Shown in pieces: positions 1 through 11,764 of a DNA stretch of 64,000 bases. Source of the stretch: Squalus acanthias (Eukaryota); assembly GCA_030390025.1 (NCBI GenBank), contig CM059431.1, positions 159,342,001-159,406,000 of the forward strand, read 5' to 3'. The notes under the pieces are model-generated. The model saw only the letters and a program-made list of their open reading frames with translations, was not told the DNA's origin and searched no databases. The first letter of the stretch is position 1, and each line of letters begins with the position of its first letter. A program made the translations under genes and the position numbers.

Positions 1-100
1 GGAATCCCACTCGAGCCCACAGCACAACGGCAGGCGTGCTATGTTAGTGAAGGTCGGGGGCTTGCTCCCTCCGGAAGCCTCCGACCCGAATTTCTGGACC

Positions 101-750
101 AATAAATGGTAGGATACCGAGAAGTGTAGAGGAACAGAGGGACCTTGGAGTGCATGTCAACAGATCCCTGAAAGTAGCAGGGCAGGTAGATAAGGTGGTT
201 AGGAAGGCATGCGGGACACTTGCCTTATTAGTCGAGGCATAGGATATAAGAGCAGGGATGATATGCTTGAACTGTATAAAACACTAGTTAGCCCACAGCT
301 AGAATACTGCGTGTAGTTCTGGGTCACCACATTACAGGAAGAATGGGATTGCACTGGAGAGGGTGCAGAGGAGATTTACGAGGATGTTGCCTGGGCTGGG
401 GAGTTTTAGCTATGAGGAAAGATTGGATAGACTGGGTTGTTTACTTTGGAACAGAGGAGGCCGTGGGGCGACTGAATTGAGGTGTATAAAATCATGAATA
501 GCCTATATGAAGTGGATAGGAAGGACTTATTTCCCTTAGCAGAAGGTTCAATAACCAGGGGGCATAGATTTAAAGTAATTGGTAGGCTGTTTAGTGACGA
601 TTTGAGGAGAACTGATTTCAACCAGAGGGTGGTGGGTGTCTGGAACTCACTGCCTGAAAGGGTGGTAGACGCAGAAACCCTCATCACATTTATAAAGTAA
701 TTGGATATGCACTTGAAGTGCCGTAACCTAGAAAGCTATGGACCAAGAGA
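101..750 (+). mobile_element. CR1 LINE 3' fragment
   Basis: RT C-terminal motifs (YKIM...TRGHRFKV...FNQRVVGVWNSLP). Confidence 0.85.
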
Positions 751-2180
751 GAATTAAAGGATTCGAACAGGGATTCTAGGGAGAGAGGCACAAGAGCTTA
801 TTTAATAACACTTTTGAGGGCGTTAGATCACTTACACCAATATTAAATAGTGTTCATAACGCCGGAGATCCAATCCTCCTGGATCCTATGTGATAGAATA
901 GTGAATGCTGTGGAGAGGTGAGAGACGGCAAGGGTACAGCACCATGGACACAGTGACGGAGGATGTTATTCCCGACTCTGATCTGGGCAACTTGAAATAC
1001 ATTGGATCTACAGCACTGAAACTGGCCATTCGGTCCAAGTGGTATATGTTCGTATTTTTACTCCACTCGAGACTCCTCTCAATCTAATTACCTAATTCCA
1101 CTCTGCCCCGCACCCCTCCATTCCTTTCTTCCTCATAGATGCATCAAGCCTCTCTATAAATTTGACAAAGGTGAGTGCTTTCATCAGGGTCGAAGAGAGA
1201 ATTCGCTATTCTATCACATAGAATCCTGTTCCATTACCAGGCCTCCAATTTCCACTCCCATAATGCTGCTCATCCTGTGGTGTCTGTCCTCCCTACTCGA
1301 ACGCAGATCGAAGATTTATTTCAATGGATGAACTTTCTACCTTCTCTGACTCTGCTCCTTATCCTTTCTCATTCCTCCTCATCACCATGATGCTGCACCT
1401 CAGAAAACTCATCTGCAGGCAAAAATTAATGTTTTATATGTGTGCCGGTGCCCCACAAGCTCAGTCTCTCCAACAGTTATTCAACGCATTCATTGCAGTG
1501 AATCAACTTGTCTAACCTTACGTTGTACAAGAGGTACAGTTTCCACTTGGGCTGGTTCAAGGCCACATGGGCCAATATTGAACCAACCAGAGCTGCTTCT
1601 TCTGCAGGCAAACCGAGTACTGTTGCATCAGCAGCAGATCTGAGAGGTCCAATGTCCACTTTTACAAATTTGCAGTGTCTCAAACCTCCAGTGTTGTGCT
1701 GCGATCGCCACCTCATGCACCTACTGTGACTATGCGAGGCTGCATCGCTTAAAGTGAAAGACAATTCTTGCAATATTTCCTGATTGCCTCAAAAATACAG
1801 ATGTCATTGAGGTAGTTGGCTGTTGAAGGCAGACAAACCCTGAAAGCAGGTTGAGCATTTTGAAATTCTCTCACTTTTTCCAAGCTTTTTGTACCAGTAG
1901 AATTAAACTCTGACATCTTTCTGGGGACCAAAACATACTGTTGCTTAGAAAAAGATGTGGGGCCCGAATGCGTCATGAATCCGAATGATGGCTCAATAAA
2001 AGTTAGGGAACCTCTGATCTATAGCATGGATGTAGTTTAGGATGAGCAGTGGTCACTACACGGATCCTTCCGGTCTCCACCAGTAACCGTTATCCACGTA
2101 CAGCCGCTCCCGTTAATAACAAGCCTTTTTCTGCGAAAATATAACCAAGTACCTATCAAATCCAGAATCTACCCTCTTCT

Positions 2181-2394
2181 CCCACAGAGGGCAGTGTACG
2201 CCAGCTCATTAAATATATTTAAGAGGGAATTAGATGTATTTCTACAGGCAAAAGGGGTTAAGGGTTACGGAGAGAAGGCGGGGACGGGATACTGAATTGG
2301 AGGATCAGCCATGATCTCATTAAATGGCGGAGCAGGCTCGAAGGGCCGGATGGCCTACTCCTGCTCCTATCTTCTATGTATCTATGTATCTATG
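2181..2394 (+). mobile_element. CR1 3'-end fragment, near identical to the inverted copy at ~20641-20855
   Basis: Direct comparison shows only a few mismatches over ~210 bp. (TATCTATG)n tail. Confidence 0.85.
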
Positions 2395-3324
2395 AAGCCA
2401 TGTTATGAAGTGAGGCCTTGTGAGGCACCTTGTTAAACGTTTCCTCAAGTTCCAAATATTTAATGTCAACAACAAACCGGTTTACTTCCTCAGAACAATG
2501 ACCCAAGTTGGTGAGATATGACATTCTATTTTAGAAGCCATGTTGTGTATCTCTGATAACTCCTATTATTTCCACGTGGTCGTACAGGGTATCGGCAATG
2601 ATCGCTTCTCACAACTTTCCACTAAGCGGAAGTTAAGCTAATTGGTTTATAATTTCCTGGATCTGAATGTTACCTTTTAAAATTTGAAACAGTATTAACT
2701 TCCCTACAATTCATGTGGTAATATACCATTTGTAGTGAAATATTAAGGATATAGACCAGGTGCAAACTTAACACATCCCTTGGGATGAATGACAGACGTA
2801 CATGGACCCTGTCAGACTTGAAATTCCGGGGTAGCAATTAGTCTTTTATGGCACCACAAAGTTCCACTGACTTCAATAGAACTGAATATGGGGCGGCGAA
2901 TATAACAGGCGGCGAATTCGTCCGGCCCTTTCTGGACTGCCGCCCAAGATGAATTCCTATCCCCTACTCCCATTATTTTATTCTGGATTATACGTGTAGC
3001 TACTTTGGCATTATCAACACCAGTACTAACTATTCATTGCATTAATGGTAACAGCGCATCATCTACTGGAGTGAAGACTGATGCTACCTAGCCGTTCAAA
3101 AACTCTGAAATGTCTTAGTCTTATGCTAGAGTTTGTCCTGTTGTGTCTTTAACGACGCTATGGTTCTGTTTTTGCCCTGTGTCATGACAAAACTAAGTAA
3201 GGACTTTGTTATTGCTGCTGCAGTTACCGAAAACATTATTTCAACTAACATTTTGCCCGTTTAAATGGCAGCTTTTGTAGCCTGATGCTGAGCCTGGTCT
3301 TTTCCGGGGATTCATTTAAACAGA

Positions 3325-4840
3325 GAATGATACAGTACAGAAGGAGGCCTTTCGGCCCATGTGCCAGCGCTTTGGTAGATTTATCCAATTAATTCCACTC
3401 TACTGCTCTTCCCCATAGCCATGTAATTTATTTCGCTCCCCAAGTATTTATCCATTTCTGTTTTGAATATTACCATTGAATCTTTTTCCACCACCCTTTC
3501 AGGCAGTGCAGTCCAAATCACAGCAATTCGCTGTGTAAAGAATGTTTCCTCCTGTCGCCTCTGGTTCTTTTCCCAATCACCTTAAATCTGTGTCTTCTGG
3601 TTAACGACCCTTCCACCACTGAAATCTGTTTCTCCTTATTCATTCTATCAAACCAGTTCATGATCTTGAGCACTTATATCACAAATCCTCTTCACCTTCT
3701 CTGCTCTAAGGAGAACAGCCCCAGCTTCTCCACTCTCTCCACATAACTGAAGTGCTTCATCCATGATAGCATTCCAGTAAATCTCTTCTACCCCCTCTCT
3801 AAACACTTGAAAGCCTTGCTAAAAAGTTTTCCTTCCACTTTCAAAGATTTGTGTACAGACACCCCTAGATTTCTCTGTCCCTGTACCTCCTTTAAAACAG
3901 TACTTTTTACGTTTTATTGCGTCTCCTCATGCTTCCATCCATAATGAATCAATTCATAGTTTTCTCCGTTAAATTTCAGCTGCCATGTTTCTGCCCATTT
4001 CATCCATCTGTCTATGCCATCCTAAAGATTGTTCCTATACTTCTCATTGTTTACTATATATTGGAGTTTCGTATCATCCCCAAGTCCCGGTCATTAATAT
4101 ATATCGAAAAGAGCAGTGGTCCTGTGTCCGAGCCCTGGGGAATACCACGTTATAATTTCCTACAGTCTGAACAAGCAACCAGTCACCACCACTCTCGCCT
4201 ATCTGTACCAAAGCCATTTCGCATTAACGATGCCGCTGTCCTTTTAATTCCAAGACCTTTAATTTAGCTAACAAGTCAATCATGTGGTATTTTGTCAAAA
4301 GTCTTTTGAAAGTCTACATACTCAAAGTCAACCGCATTACCCTCATCAACCCTCTCCGTTACTTCATCAAAGAACTAAATCAAGTTAGCCAAACACGGTT
4401 TACCTTAACAAGTCGGTGCTGACTTTCAGTTATTAGCCCATACATTTCCAAAAGCCAAAAAATTTAGTCCCGAATTATTGTCTCCAAAAGTTTCCCACTA
4501 CCGACTTTAGCTTGAATGTAGTTGCTCGACTTATCCCTCTCCCCTTTCTAATCAGTGGTTTAGTATTTGCAATCCTCTAGTTCTCTGCCACCACCTCCAT
4601 ATTTAAGGAGCTTTTGCAAAATGTAGTCAGAGCTTTTGCAGTTTCCACCTATATTTCTCTCAGTAAACTAGGATACCTCCCATCCAGACCGGGTGACTTT
4701 ATTACTTTGAGGACTGCAAACATTTTAAGTGCGTCCTCTTTATCTATTTTTATCCTATCCAATATCGCTACTACCTCCTCCTTTACTGCTACATTGGTAG
4801 CACCCTCTTCTCTATTGAAGACAGATGCAAAGTATTCATG
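3325..4840 (-). mobile_element. Degenerate CR1 LINE ORF2 and 3' end
   Basis: Minus-strand RT remnants (e.g. EYFASVF...KSPGLDG at 4649-4858). Confidence 0.8.
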
Positions 4841-5127
4841 CATACGGGAGTAGGCCATTCCGCTCCTCTGGCATGTTACACAGGAATGGGAACAGGCCGC
4901 TCAACCCTTCGAACATGTTACATAGGACGAGCAGTCATCGATTCGGTCCCACGGGCCTGTTACATAGGTACAGGAGTAGGTCATCCAGCTGCTTGAACCT
5001 GTTATATTGGAACATGAGTAGACCATTCAGCCGCTCGAGCAATATATATACGAAAAAGCGACGGCCAATTTGGCCCTCGAGTCCGTTACTCGAATAGTAG
5101 AATGCAATCCAGCCCCTCGAGCCTGCT
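4841..5127. repeat. ~42-bp tandem repeat (~7 diverged units) resembling the CR1 3' terminus
   Basis: Units begin gttaca/gttata and contain aggagtaggccattcagcccctcgagcct-like sequence. Confidence 0.75.
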
Positions 5128-5606
5128 AAAAGGGAGCAGTGGTAGATATCCAATGGACATCTTTTCAAGCCGATAGAACCACAATACTGATAAGAGATCA
5201 ATTATGTTCAAACAGCTTTGTTTAAAGTATGTGGGGGGAAAAGCTCATATTTATCACCAGATTATCCATATGTATCACCAAATGCTCCATATTTATTACT
5301 ATATGTTGGAAAACAATAGTGAACCTTCTGTTTATTTTTAAAGGGAAGGAGGAGGCAGGAATCGAATACTGAATTCTAGGTCATCGCCTTAACCTTTCCG
5401 CAAGGGCGATACCTCGCTTTAGCCGCTTTATTTGACACAATGAGGAAAGGTTGTTGATTCTGTTCGATCGCTGGGCGGGGACTTACGCGAAAGAAATTGC
5501 CGGTGCCGGACACGACAAGTGTCTCAGAGCAAAGGGAGACTTCACTTTAATTCTCGGAGCTGCAGGTGACAGGTCTGCTTGGGGATTTACTGGTGGGAAA
5601 AACATT

Positions 5607-6162
5607 GGCCCGTATTTTCCACTGCCTACGGGTGCGACCGCGTACACACCCGTAGGCACTGGAAGAGAAAAAGTGAAAACCCGGAACTTACAATCTGCCA
5701 TGAATAATTCCCGGGAAAAGTGCATTCACGGGTAGAGAGTTGGGTTATTCACTCAACTACTGCCCAGCGAATGCCCGTGAAAATCGTCTGGCTGGTAAAA
5801 ACTGGCGTAAGGCATTCTGTTGACAGCATAAGTGTTGAAATAAATATTTTTTATAATTCAATTATTTAAACTTTAAAACACCAGTAAAATAAATTTAGGT
5901 TATTTTTAGCACATTTAAAACGTTTAAAATTATTTTTCAAAATAGTAAACATTTGTTTAAAATGTTTAATTAAATTGTATTTTAATTAAATTTAAATACG
6001 TAACTTTTTTTAATTATTTGGTATGTCAGTATGTTTTTTATGTCATCCACATTCATGCTTATGGGGATTCCGGTCGTGCAGAATCCCCATACGCATATAT
6101 TGGGATTCCCTTCTTTCAAAGGTTCGGCCGGCCCACGCGATACGTGGAATTCTGTGCATGTC
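5607..6162. mobile_element. Related MITE-like copy, interrupted by the CR1/ERV nest (appears to resume at ~23047)
   Basis: ggcccgtattttcc start, ccggaactt motif, AT-rich core and internal hairpin, as in 63089-63848. Confidence 0.55.
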
Positions 6163-6377
6163 ATAGAAATATAGAAGATAGGAGCAGGAGCAGGCCATTC
6201 AGTCCCTTGAGCCTGCTCCACCATTCAATGAGATCATGGCTGATCATTCAAATTCAGTACCCTGTCCCTGCCTTCTTCCCATATCGCTTGATCACTTTAG
6301 CTTTAAGAAATATATCCAACTCCTTCTTAAATATATTTAATGAATTGGCCTCTACTGCCTTCTGTGGTAGAGAATTC
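6163..6377 (-). mobile_element. 3' end of the CR1 that hosts the provirus (continues at 20497-20640 and ~21634-23046)
   Basis: catagaaatatagaagataggagcagg tail. The sequence is continuous across the TSD with 20497 onward. Confidence 0.88.
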
Positions 6378-8001
6378 TGTAAAGCTTCGCAATGATCGCG
6401 ATTCAAAATAACAAGAGAGAAGCAGATTCGTTTGATCAGTTTTATTAAACGAAATGCTGTCCTGATAATAAAGGACACAGAAGCCTGTAAAATGGCCGCC
6501 GCGCATCTTGGCAAAATCTTCCAGAAATACAGTGGGCAGACAAGATGGCGTCGAATAAACATTCAGTATAAGATTGGATCATACTCGGTAAACATGATAA
6601 AGACAGGATGCAACCCGTTTGCATTTGGAACAATAGCAAAGATATAAGTGCTGGAATTGTTTTCCTATGCACAGTAAGGACCATTCTACTGGGCAATTGA
6701 AGGCCCATCCAGACACATCAATGCACAAATACCCCCACGGCTCTACAATGAGAGAGACATTGACGGGTGATTAAGTCAGTATTCGGGAAGGCCCCAAAAC
6801 CAGTCAGGGAGACTCCTGGCTGGGTCAACAATGGGTAAAACATTAACGGATAGTTGGCTAGTTTCAGCAGCTACCGAAAGCCGTTAAAGAGAAGAATTGC
6901 CCCATGTTGGGCGTTTTGTGCGCCAATATTACACAAAGGACAAACATTAAGATTTGAGCGGGAGATAAGGGGACACAGCACTATAACTATAGAGAACAAA
7001 TGTCAATCGCTCTCTTTTGTTTCTCTTATCTCTCGGCGGACCCTTGCTGAAGCTCTTCCTTGGAGCTGGACTTTTGTGTTTCTCTGGACTTTGTTGACTC
7101 TTGCCTCTTAGCCGTACCGGTCGGTTATTCGAATGTTGGGTGGAGCTCAATCGGAACGAGCCGCCCCGACAAGGGCAAGTATCAGGGTACACCATCCCGA
7201 GTGTCGGTAAACGGTGTCTGGACCCGAAGGCCCGAAGAGACGAGACGAGAAGAAGACGAGAAGAATCCACGTGCCGCCACAGTCAGTAAACCCCGACGGC
7301 GGCCGAAAATATAAATAAAAAACTCTTCTTTGAGTTCGAACGACTAGAACCTGTATCGAGCACAGGAAGACTCTTCTTTGAATTTTACAAACGTTCCGAG
7401 TTCTGCCGAGTTCTTCATGACAACAGAGAGTCTGGCCTGCTTTTCGCAGCAGCGAAAGTAAACAAGTGGGGTGCAGAAGCCCTTCCAAACACATGACAGT
7501 CAGGCGCTGCAGCGAAACGAGCTGAGTGCCTCACTTTAAAAATCTCCGAAGTAACACGATTGGTGAGCATGTTTTCCGATCCTACAAATCTAGAGGAAGT
7601 GTAGGTATTGTTAAGGGAGTGTGGTTTTTAATAAGGTTAAGGTATAATGTGTTTCCCTTTTTACGATGTGCCGTGTGTTCTTCACTTCCATAGACCAAGC
7701 TTTATGAATGTATGTATACTTGTACTCTCGTTGATTTGCGCCTATGACATGTACTTCATGATTTTGGACGCTATGCAATAAAGATTTCCATTTCCTACTA
7801 TTCAACCGGCTCTATTTGAGTTTTCTCTGCATTACTGCTCCCTGCACCTAAGTCCAGTGTTAGAAACCGTAAGGGCGAGTGGGTCGAACCACTCACAGGT
7901 ACTTATTGCAAAAAGGCTGGCCGGAGACTAGAGCAAGCAGTAGTATTAGGCAACGAAGACCTAACCTCGCACCAGCACCGTCTGAGACACGCCCCCTTAC
8001 A
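6378..8001 (+). repeat. 5' LTR (1624 bp)
   Basis: TGTAA...TTACA terminal inverted repeat. Aligns end to end with 18874-20496. TATA-like TATAAATA at 7310 and AATAAA at 7777-7782. Confidence 0.96.
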
Positions 8002-8005
8002 GAAA

Positions 8006-9800
8006 ATGGCGACCGCGGCAGGACTCTAGCAGCAGGAGAGTAATGTTTTAGAACCTGGCTTGAATAGGCAAAATGTGATGGATGAGAGGGGAGCCGACTA
8101 TGTGTTTGGTAAGGTTAACTTAACCAAAAAGTGGATAAGTGACCTACTGATGGATAAGCGTCCGCTAGACGCCGCCATCAAATGGATAGGCAGTAAAGAG
8201 CATAAGAAGTCGGTAGAGAAAGCGGTCTGGCTGATGTACTACAAGAAGCAAGTCCAATTTTCGGGTCAGGTCATTGCAGCACAGGCAGCTCAGATCAGGG
8301 ATTTGGAAGTTGAGATGGAGGAAAAGGTCATGGGAGGACAGAAACTCATTGCATCATTGAATGCGTTACATCAGGAACGCCAAATAGTAGCCAACCACCA
8401 TGAGGCTAAAATTGATTACCTGGAATGTCAGGTCACGGAAGCGAAATTAAACGAGGGTAGGATTAGAGAACCGTGTATCCGCTTGGTTAGCCAAATAAAA
8501 GCCCAGGAAGAGAGCTTGAAGGGAGTTAGGGCGGCATATAAGATGGCCCTCGAGGATAGGCACGAGGGAGCCGACCACAGTGTTCGCCAGAAGGAGATAG
8601 GGAACCAAAGAGAGGCCCTCAATAAGGCAAACCGCTTGGTGTGTCTCATCAGCCCGTCAGCGAGCCAGCCACAGGTGGGTAGGGAATTCCCAAAATCCCT
8701 ACCAGAAAAAGCAGAAGAGGTATCTGCCACTATGCCCTCCGCGCCACCCAGCTATTCGGCAACCTGGGTAAGGGAGGAAGTGGTGGAAATAGAGAAAAAG
8801 GTTCCCGAGGTAGGACAATCCCCGGAGGTAGAGTCGAGACCGGGACCAATGTGTCCGCTCCGAGGTCACAAGAGAGGCCCGAATGCAGACAATGGGGAAG
8901 AGGGGGATAACCTGAACCAACTTGTATTGCCCCACAGCTCACAACAGCTGAGAGCAATGATTAGCCATGTACGGAAGCTGTCCGAGTCAGATGACCCTTC
9001 CGTACATTATAGAGAAGTAGAACAGACCGCAGCAATTAATGGCTGCGACGATGAGGAAAAGACCAAAATGTTGCTGTTCTCTTTAGATAGCTCGATCCTT
9101 CAGTGTCTCTCCGACGAGAGCAAGAAGGGAAATAAAACCTATGGGGAGTTACGGGACGAGGTCCTAGAAGTGTTAGGGGCGGATGACGAAGGTCCGTTCG
9201 TCAGATTGTGTCAGACCGTATAGATGGAGGGACAGACAGTGGCCAGTATACCAGCGTAGCTGCCCAGGTGCGCCAGGGCGCAACTACCTGGACGGTGCCG
9301 GGAAAGCTCATTGGCTCAGGTGCATGGTAGCCAACAGTTTGCCAGCCGTCAGGGAGCAGGCCAGAGCGTGGTTTGATCCCACTAACCCCGCCACAACGGA
9401 GGAGGCTGTCCTAAATCGACTCACCATATGGTATCGGAACACTAGGAGCACGGGAGCGCGTCCCCTTAAGGGAAAGGTTGATTTGGCAAGGACCGCAGCT
9501 CCGGCTCAGAAAGAGTGGCATCAGGAGGGAAATTGCGCCCCACAAACCAGTGGTGTTTGTTACGGGTGCGGGAAGACAGGTCACTGGCGTAAAAACTGCA
9601 GGAATCCTTGGAAAAACTCCAGGGACAAAGTTCCGCAGTCCGAACCCAAGCACCTGTCTCTGAGAAAGGAGCTGGTGTGTCTATCCATCCCGATGCGATA
9701 AAATCAATTTTGGGAGCCATGCGGTCCCTTATGATTTCGCAAGGAAGGGTGGCAGTCGCTACCGGCCCCACAGATGCCACAACCCCGTCCACCAGTACCC
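8006..9800 (+). pseudogene. gag: gag (coiled-coil N-terminus, PSAPPSY late domain, capsid-like region, single CCHC zinc knuckle); disrupted
   Basis: ORF 8060-9223 plus frameshifted 9183-9701. CYGCGKTGHWRKNC at 9558-9599 and PSAPPSY at 8735-8755. An in-frame ATG at 8006 is separated from the ORF by one TAG (8027-8029). The 3' boundary with pro is approximate. Confidence 0.85.
8007..8024 (+). promoter_or_regulatory. Primer-binding site complementary to the 3' end of tRNA-Arg(TCG)
   Basis: TGGCGACCGCGGCAGGAC(TC) lies 5 nt after the LTR. Its reverse complement, GAGTCCTGCCGCGGTCG-CCA, matches the 3' end of a vertebrate tRNA-Arg(TCG) as I recall it (not searched). Confidence 0.85.
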
Positions 9801-10080
9801 AATCACTAAATCCCGCACAGCCCGTTTACCTGTGTCTGCTCAGCTATGATGCGTGGAAAAGACCCCTGGTAGAGATGGAGGTAGAGAAGCAGAAGCGTAG
9901 TTATTTGTTGGACACGGGAGCTTCATGCACCGTGATCCATAAGGATAGCCCCTTTGACTCACCACTGTCTACCAAGGTCCATTCACATTAGCAGGGTTCA
10001 CGGGAAAAGAGCAGGCTGGCGCGTTCTCCATTCCGCTCTCCATTCATTTAGGAGCACTCCACACCACATAGAAGTGCATA

Positions 10081-11764
10081 GAAACATAGAAACATAGAAA
10101 ATAGGTACAGGAGTAGACCATTCGGTCCTTCGAGCCTGCACCGCCATTCAATGCGTTCATGGCTGAACATGCTACCTCAGTACCCCATTCCTGCTTTCTC
10201 GCCATACCCCTTGATCCCCTTAGTTGTGAGTGTTATATCTAACTCCCTTTTGAATATATTTAGCGAACTGGCCTCAACAACCTTCTGTGGAAGAGAATTC
10301 CATAGATTCACCACTCTCTGGGTGAAGAAGTTCCTCCTCAGCTCAGTCCTAAATGGCTTCCCCTTAATCCTTAGACTGTGACCCCTGGTTCTAGTTTTCC
10401 CTACCATTGGGAACATTCTGCCCGCATCTAATTTGTCTAAACCAGTCAGGATTTTAAATGTCTCTATAAGATCCCCCCTCATTCTTCTGAACTCCAGAGG
10501 ATACAAGTTCAGTTGACCCAATCTTTCTTGATATGTCAGTCCGGCCATCCCAGGAATCAATCTAGTGAACCTTCGCTGCACTCCCTCAATAGCAAGAATG
10601 TCCTTCCTTAAGTTAGGAGACCAAAACTGCGCACAATACTCCAGGTGTGGCCTCACCAAGGCCCTGTACAACTGTAGCATCACCTCCCTCCTCCTGTACT
10701 CAAATCCCCTTGCTATGAAGGCCATCATTCCGTTTGCTTTCTTGACTGCCTGCTGCACTTGCATTCCCACCTTCAGTGACTGATGTACCATGACGCCCAG
10801 GTCTCGTTGCAAGTCCCCTTTCCCTAATCTGCCACCATTCAGGTAATAGTCCGCCTCTCTATTTTTACCACCAAAGTGGATAACCTCACATTTAGCCACA
10901 TTGTACTTCATCTGCCATACATTTGCCCATTCACCCAACCTGTCCAAGTCACTCTGTAGCCTCCTAGCATCCTCCTCATTGTTCACACTGCCTCCCAATT
11001 TAGTGTCATCCGCAAATTTGGAGATATTACATTTAATCCCTTCGTCCAAATCATTAATATATAATGTAAACAGCTGGGGTCCCAGCACCGAACCCTGCGG
11101 TACCCCGCTGGTCACTGCCTGCCATTCTGAAAAGTACCCATTTACTCCTACTCTTTGTTTCCTGTGTGCCAACCAGTTCTCAATCCACGTCAACACATTA
11201 CCCCCAATCCCATGTGCTTTAACTTTGCTCACCAATCTCTTGTGTGGGACCTTGTCGAAGGCCTTCTGAAAGTCCAAATACACCACATCTACTGGTTCCC
11301 CCCTGTCCACCCTATTGGAAACATCCTCAAAAAATTCCAGAAGATTAGTCAAGCATGATTTCCCTTTCACAAATCCATGCTGACTTGGACCTATCATGTC
11401 GCCACTTTCCAAATGGTCTGTTATGACATCTTTAATAATTGCTTCCATCATTTTACCCACGACCGATGTCAGGCTGACCGGTCTATAATTCCCTGCTTTC
11501 TCCCTCCCTCCTTTTTTAAAAAGAGGGGTTACATTGGCCACCCTCCACTCCATCGGAACTGATCCAGAGTCTAAGGAATGTTGGAAAATGATCGTCAATG
11601 CATCCACTATTTCCAAGGCCACCTCCTTAAGTACTCTGGGATGCAGACCATCAGGCCCCGGGGATTTTTCAGCCTTCAGTCCCATCAATTTCCCCAATAC
11701 CTTTTCCCGACTAATAAGGATTTCCCTCAGCTCCTCCCTCTTACCAGATCCTCTGACCCCTTTT
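10081..11764 (-). mobile_element. Young 5'-truncated CR1 LINE inserted in the ERV protease; uninterrupted ORF2 RT C-terminal 506 aa
   Basis: ORF 10177-11697 (-) has YLDFQKAFDKV, GVPQGSVLGP, FADD and no stops. (ATAGAAAC)n tail at the left end. ATA is shared at both junctions and removal restores KCILMKW. Confidence 0.93.

Noticed and set aside
6947..7270. Antisense ORFs open in both LTRs (6947-7270 and 19368-19766) as an HBZ-like gene
   Set aside because: The LTRs are ~95% identical, so shared openness is expected. The sequence is low-complexity with no recognisable motif, and the two ORFs diverge in frame.
10177..11697. 506-aa RT ORF as an antisense viral gene or domesticated host gene
   Set aside because: It is a 5'-truncated CR1 ORF2 with its own tail, splitting the protease. 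Openness reflects young age.
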